Made by a program: the position numbers and the translations under genes | The notes under the pieces: generated by a model | The model's input: the letters and a program-made list of their open reading frames with translations, nothing else | What the model was told of the DNA's origin: nothing | The model's database searches: none | Part shown: positions 63,265 to 64,000 of the stretch, piece by piece | Numbering within the stretch: the first letter of the stretch is position 1 | Layout of the letters: each line of letters opens with the position of its first letter | Assembly (NCBI RefSeq): GCF_016432865.1 | Contig: NC_067398.1 | Location: forward strand, 229,214,001 to 229,278,000 | Reading direction: 5' to 3' | Source: Antechinus flavipes | Lineage: Eukaryota | DNA length: 64,000 nt

Positions 63265-63445
63265 CACCAAGACAAATATGTAAATAAGTTTAAGAGGATT
63301 TCCCATCTATATCACTTTGCTTGCTGTCTAGGGATGGACAGGCACAAAACAGAAAAAATTTGGAATACAAAATCTAACAGAAATGGATGTTGAAAACTAT
63401 CTTTTCATGTATTTGGAAAAACCAAATACTATTGAGGAAAAAAAA
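63265..63445 (+). mobile_element. L1-type 3'UTR end fragment
   Basis: gaaaaaatttggaatacaaaatctaacagaaatggatgttgaaaactatcttttcatgtatttggaaaaaccaaatactattg. Confidence 0.7.
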
Positions 63446-63805
63446 TACTGACCATGGAGATCAATTTTCAAAAAATTTATGAGGGTATTTCTAATAACAA
63501 ATGGTAAAATACAAAATTGGAAGATTAACATCAACCATAATCACTTTTTGAGATGCATCTACTGTGTCAAAACAAAATACTAATAAAAGTTTAAAATGTA
63601 TGAGTTCTTCAGAAATACCTAATTTACAAGACTTCTAGAATAATTTTTTGTCTAAATAGTCAGAATGATCTTACTTAGCACATAATTTCTAAGTTGGTAA
63701 CTGACTAGCTTACTGTTTAGATAACAGAAATGGGATAGGGTATAACTTAGAATGCTACAAACATGCAGAGGGTAGAACTTTTCTAAGAATCCAAAGACAA
63801 CCCAC

Positions 63806-64000
63806 CTCACACATGTCTGATTTCTTTGGACCTGGGCTGCTGGATTCAGCACTGGCCCCTTCTGCTGGGCTATGAGAGCGAATTCGACTGCTCATTTGGA
63901 TGCCACCTTCTTCTTCTTCAGCCTGTTCTCCCTGCCCAGGGCTATCTCCATTTCCAGCCCCCTGGGGAAGAGGAGAATGCAGAACTTCTGTACAGAAGAG
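63806..64000 (-). CDS. FLCN: FLCN (folliculin) first coding exon (human exon 4), partial; the start codon lies beyond the window
   Basis: 65 codons [68 protein letters not shown]|GTGGGT donor. Equivalents of S62 and S73 are present. Confidence 0.96.

Overview
Mammalian (marsupial, probably dasyurid) genomic DNA, syntenic with the human MPRIP-PLD6-FLCN cluster. The + strand carries the last seven exons of MPRIP (755-16506), including a stop-containing cassette exon that switches the C-terminus (SVIEQVSWDN* vs SLKEGLTVQERLKLFESRDLKKD*), and a probable ~8 kb 3'UTR ending near 24680. The - strand carries the complete two-exon PLD6 (MitoPLD/Zucchini; 36046-35494 + 34192-33954, 263 aa, CpG-island promoter) and FLCN coding exons 4 (partial) to 14 (64000-43266). 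All FLCN exons have GT-AG boundaries and consistent phases, and the ten complete ones match the exon sizes I recall for human. The rest is introns and intergenic DNA full of L1, L2, CR1/L3, RTE, CORE-SINEs (MIR, MAR1, WSINE1-like) and one hAT-Charlie-like element. There is no tRNA, rRNA or CRISPR. I see no clear new multi-gene system. The best leads are: a ~40-aa low-complexity expansion inside the PLD6 CCCH zinc wing; a TSD-flanked, 5'-intact, internally deleted (HAL1-like) L1; an RTE fragment with twin-priming-type inversion geometry; an L1 with an apparent short 3' transduction; and a symmetric three-way RNA structure in the MPRIP 3'UTR. Gene and repeat-family names and cross-species comparisons come from recall, not database searches, and old-repeat boundaries are approximate.
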